From an uncultured Candidatus Saccharibacteria bacterium (GTDB lineage: Bacteria; Patescibacteriota; Minisyncoccia; Phycocordibacterales; CSBR16-119): a stretch of DNA of 64,000 nt. The stretch covers positions 12,573 through 76,572 of the forward strand of contig CAYRQF010000004.1 in NCBI GenBank assembly GCA_964426385.1, given 5' to 3'. How positions within the stretch are numbered: the first letter of the stretch is position 1; each line of letters begins with the position of its first letter. Shown one piece after another: positions 63,623-64,000 of the stretch. A program made the translations under genes and the position numbers. Under the pieces are notes generated by a model that was not told the DNA's origin, did no database searches, and saw nothing but the letters and a program-made list of their open reading frames with translations.

Positions 63623-64000
63623 ATGTTATTCCCAAAGAAAGTAAAATATAGAAAGTGGCAGACAGCCAGGAAGAACCCGATCAAGCGGGAGCGTCCTGAT
63701 ACTCGTGGAACAGAGATTAACTTCGGTTCTTATGGTCTCAAGGCCGAGAGTATGGCTCGTGTTACTTCAGCTCAGATCGAGTCAGCTCGAAAGGCTATGG
63801 TTAGACACCTGACCAAGGAAGGCAAGTCTTGGATTCGTATTTTCCCTGATCGACCAGTTACAGCTAAAGCTGCCGAAGTGGGTATGGGTAAAGGAAAAGG
63901 AGACCTTAAAGGTTACTGTTTCGAAGTTCACCCAGGACGCGTCATTTTCGAGGTGGACGGTGCGACGGTCGCTATCTGCAAGGAGGCTCTACGAAAGGCT
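63623..64000 (+). CDS. rplP: 50S ribosomal protein L16 (3' end truncated by window)
   Basis: MLFPKKVKYRKWQ...SWIRIFPDRPVTAKAAEVGMGKGKG is uL16. The ORF runs off the window edge. Confidence 0.85.
   Translation, partial: MLFPKKVKYRKWQTARKNPIKRERPDTRGTEINFGSYGLKAESMARVTSAQIESARKAMVRHLTKEGKSWIRIFPDRPVTAKAAEVGMGKGKGDLKGYCFEVHPGRVIFEVDGATVAICKEALRKA

Overview
The window reads as a chromosomal segment of a small-genome, CPR/Patescibacteria-like bacterium. This identification is inferred from gene content: a trigger factor lacking the PPIase domain, a short phosphoglycerate kinase, a Gram-positive-type VirB4, several giant or low-complexity surface proteins, and roughly 47-50% GC judged by eye. Recognisable housekeeping genes, in order, are: two divergent tRNAs (Arg-TCT and Val-TAC); an RluA-family pseudouridine synthase; rplS; a XerC/D recombinase; rpsO and pnp, separated by an inserted NYN-domain gene and an aberrant tRNA-Gly; comM/yifB; an M23/LysM peptidase; uvrD/pcrA; rsmA/ksgA; clpP-tig; ppa; nusA; tpiA-pgk; a HIT gene; recJ; infC-rpmI-rplT; and a tuf-rpsJ-rplC-rplD-rplW-rplB block followed by rpsS-rplV-rpsC-rplP. 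Accessory content includes a 15-kb operon-like cluster at 21.9-36.6 kb with VirB4-like and VirB6-like proteins, an NlpC/P60 hydrolase and many secreted proteins, which looks like a type-IV-secretion-like envelope apparatus. It also includes a 5.5-kb giant gene, two further large secreted proteins (one Gly-rich), a T9SS-sorting-domain protein, and a somewhat GC-richer island carrying purC that splits the otherwise universal rplB-rpsS junction. The most unusual non-coding signal is a three-copy palindromic element family at 2583-2903, 11734-12047 and 50143-50260 whose stems differ by compensatory changes, which suggests a structured RNA or a miniature mobile element. Other signals are a tRNA-Gly(GCC) with a roughly 80-nt insertion in its D-loop, an Avd-like four-helix-bundle gene cut by an in-frame TAA, a reused promoter/operator module, and a 'gatttaag' repeat flanking terminators. 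I found no CRISPR array, no IS/transposase and no rRNA.
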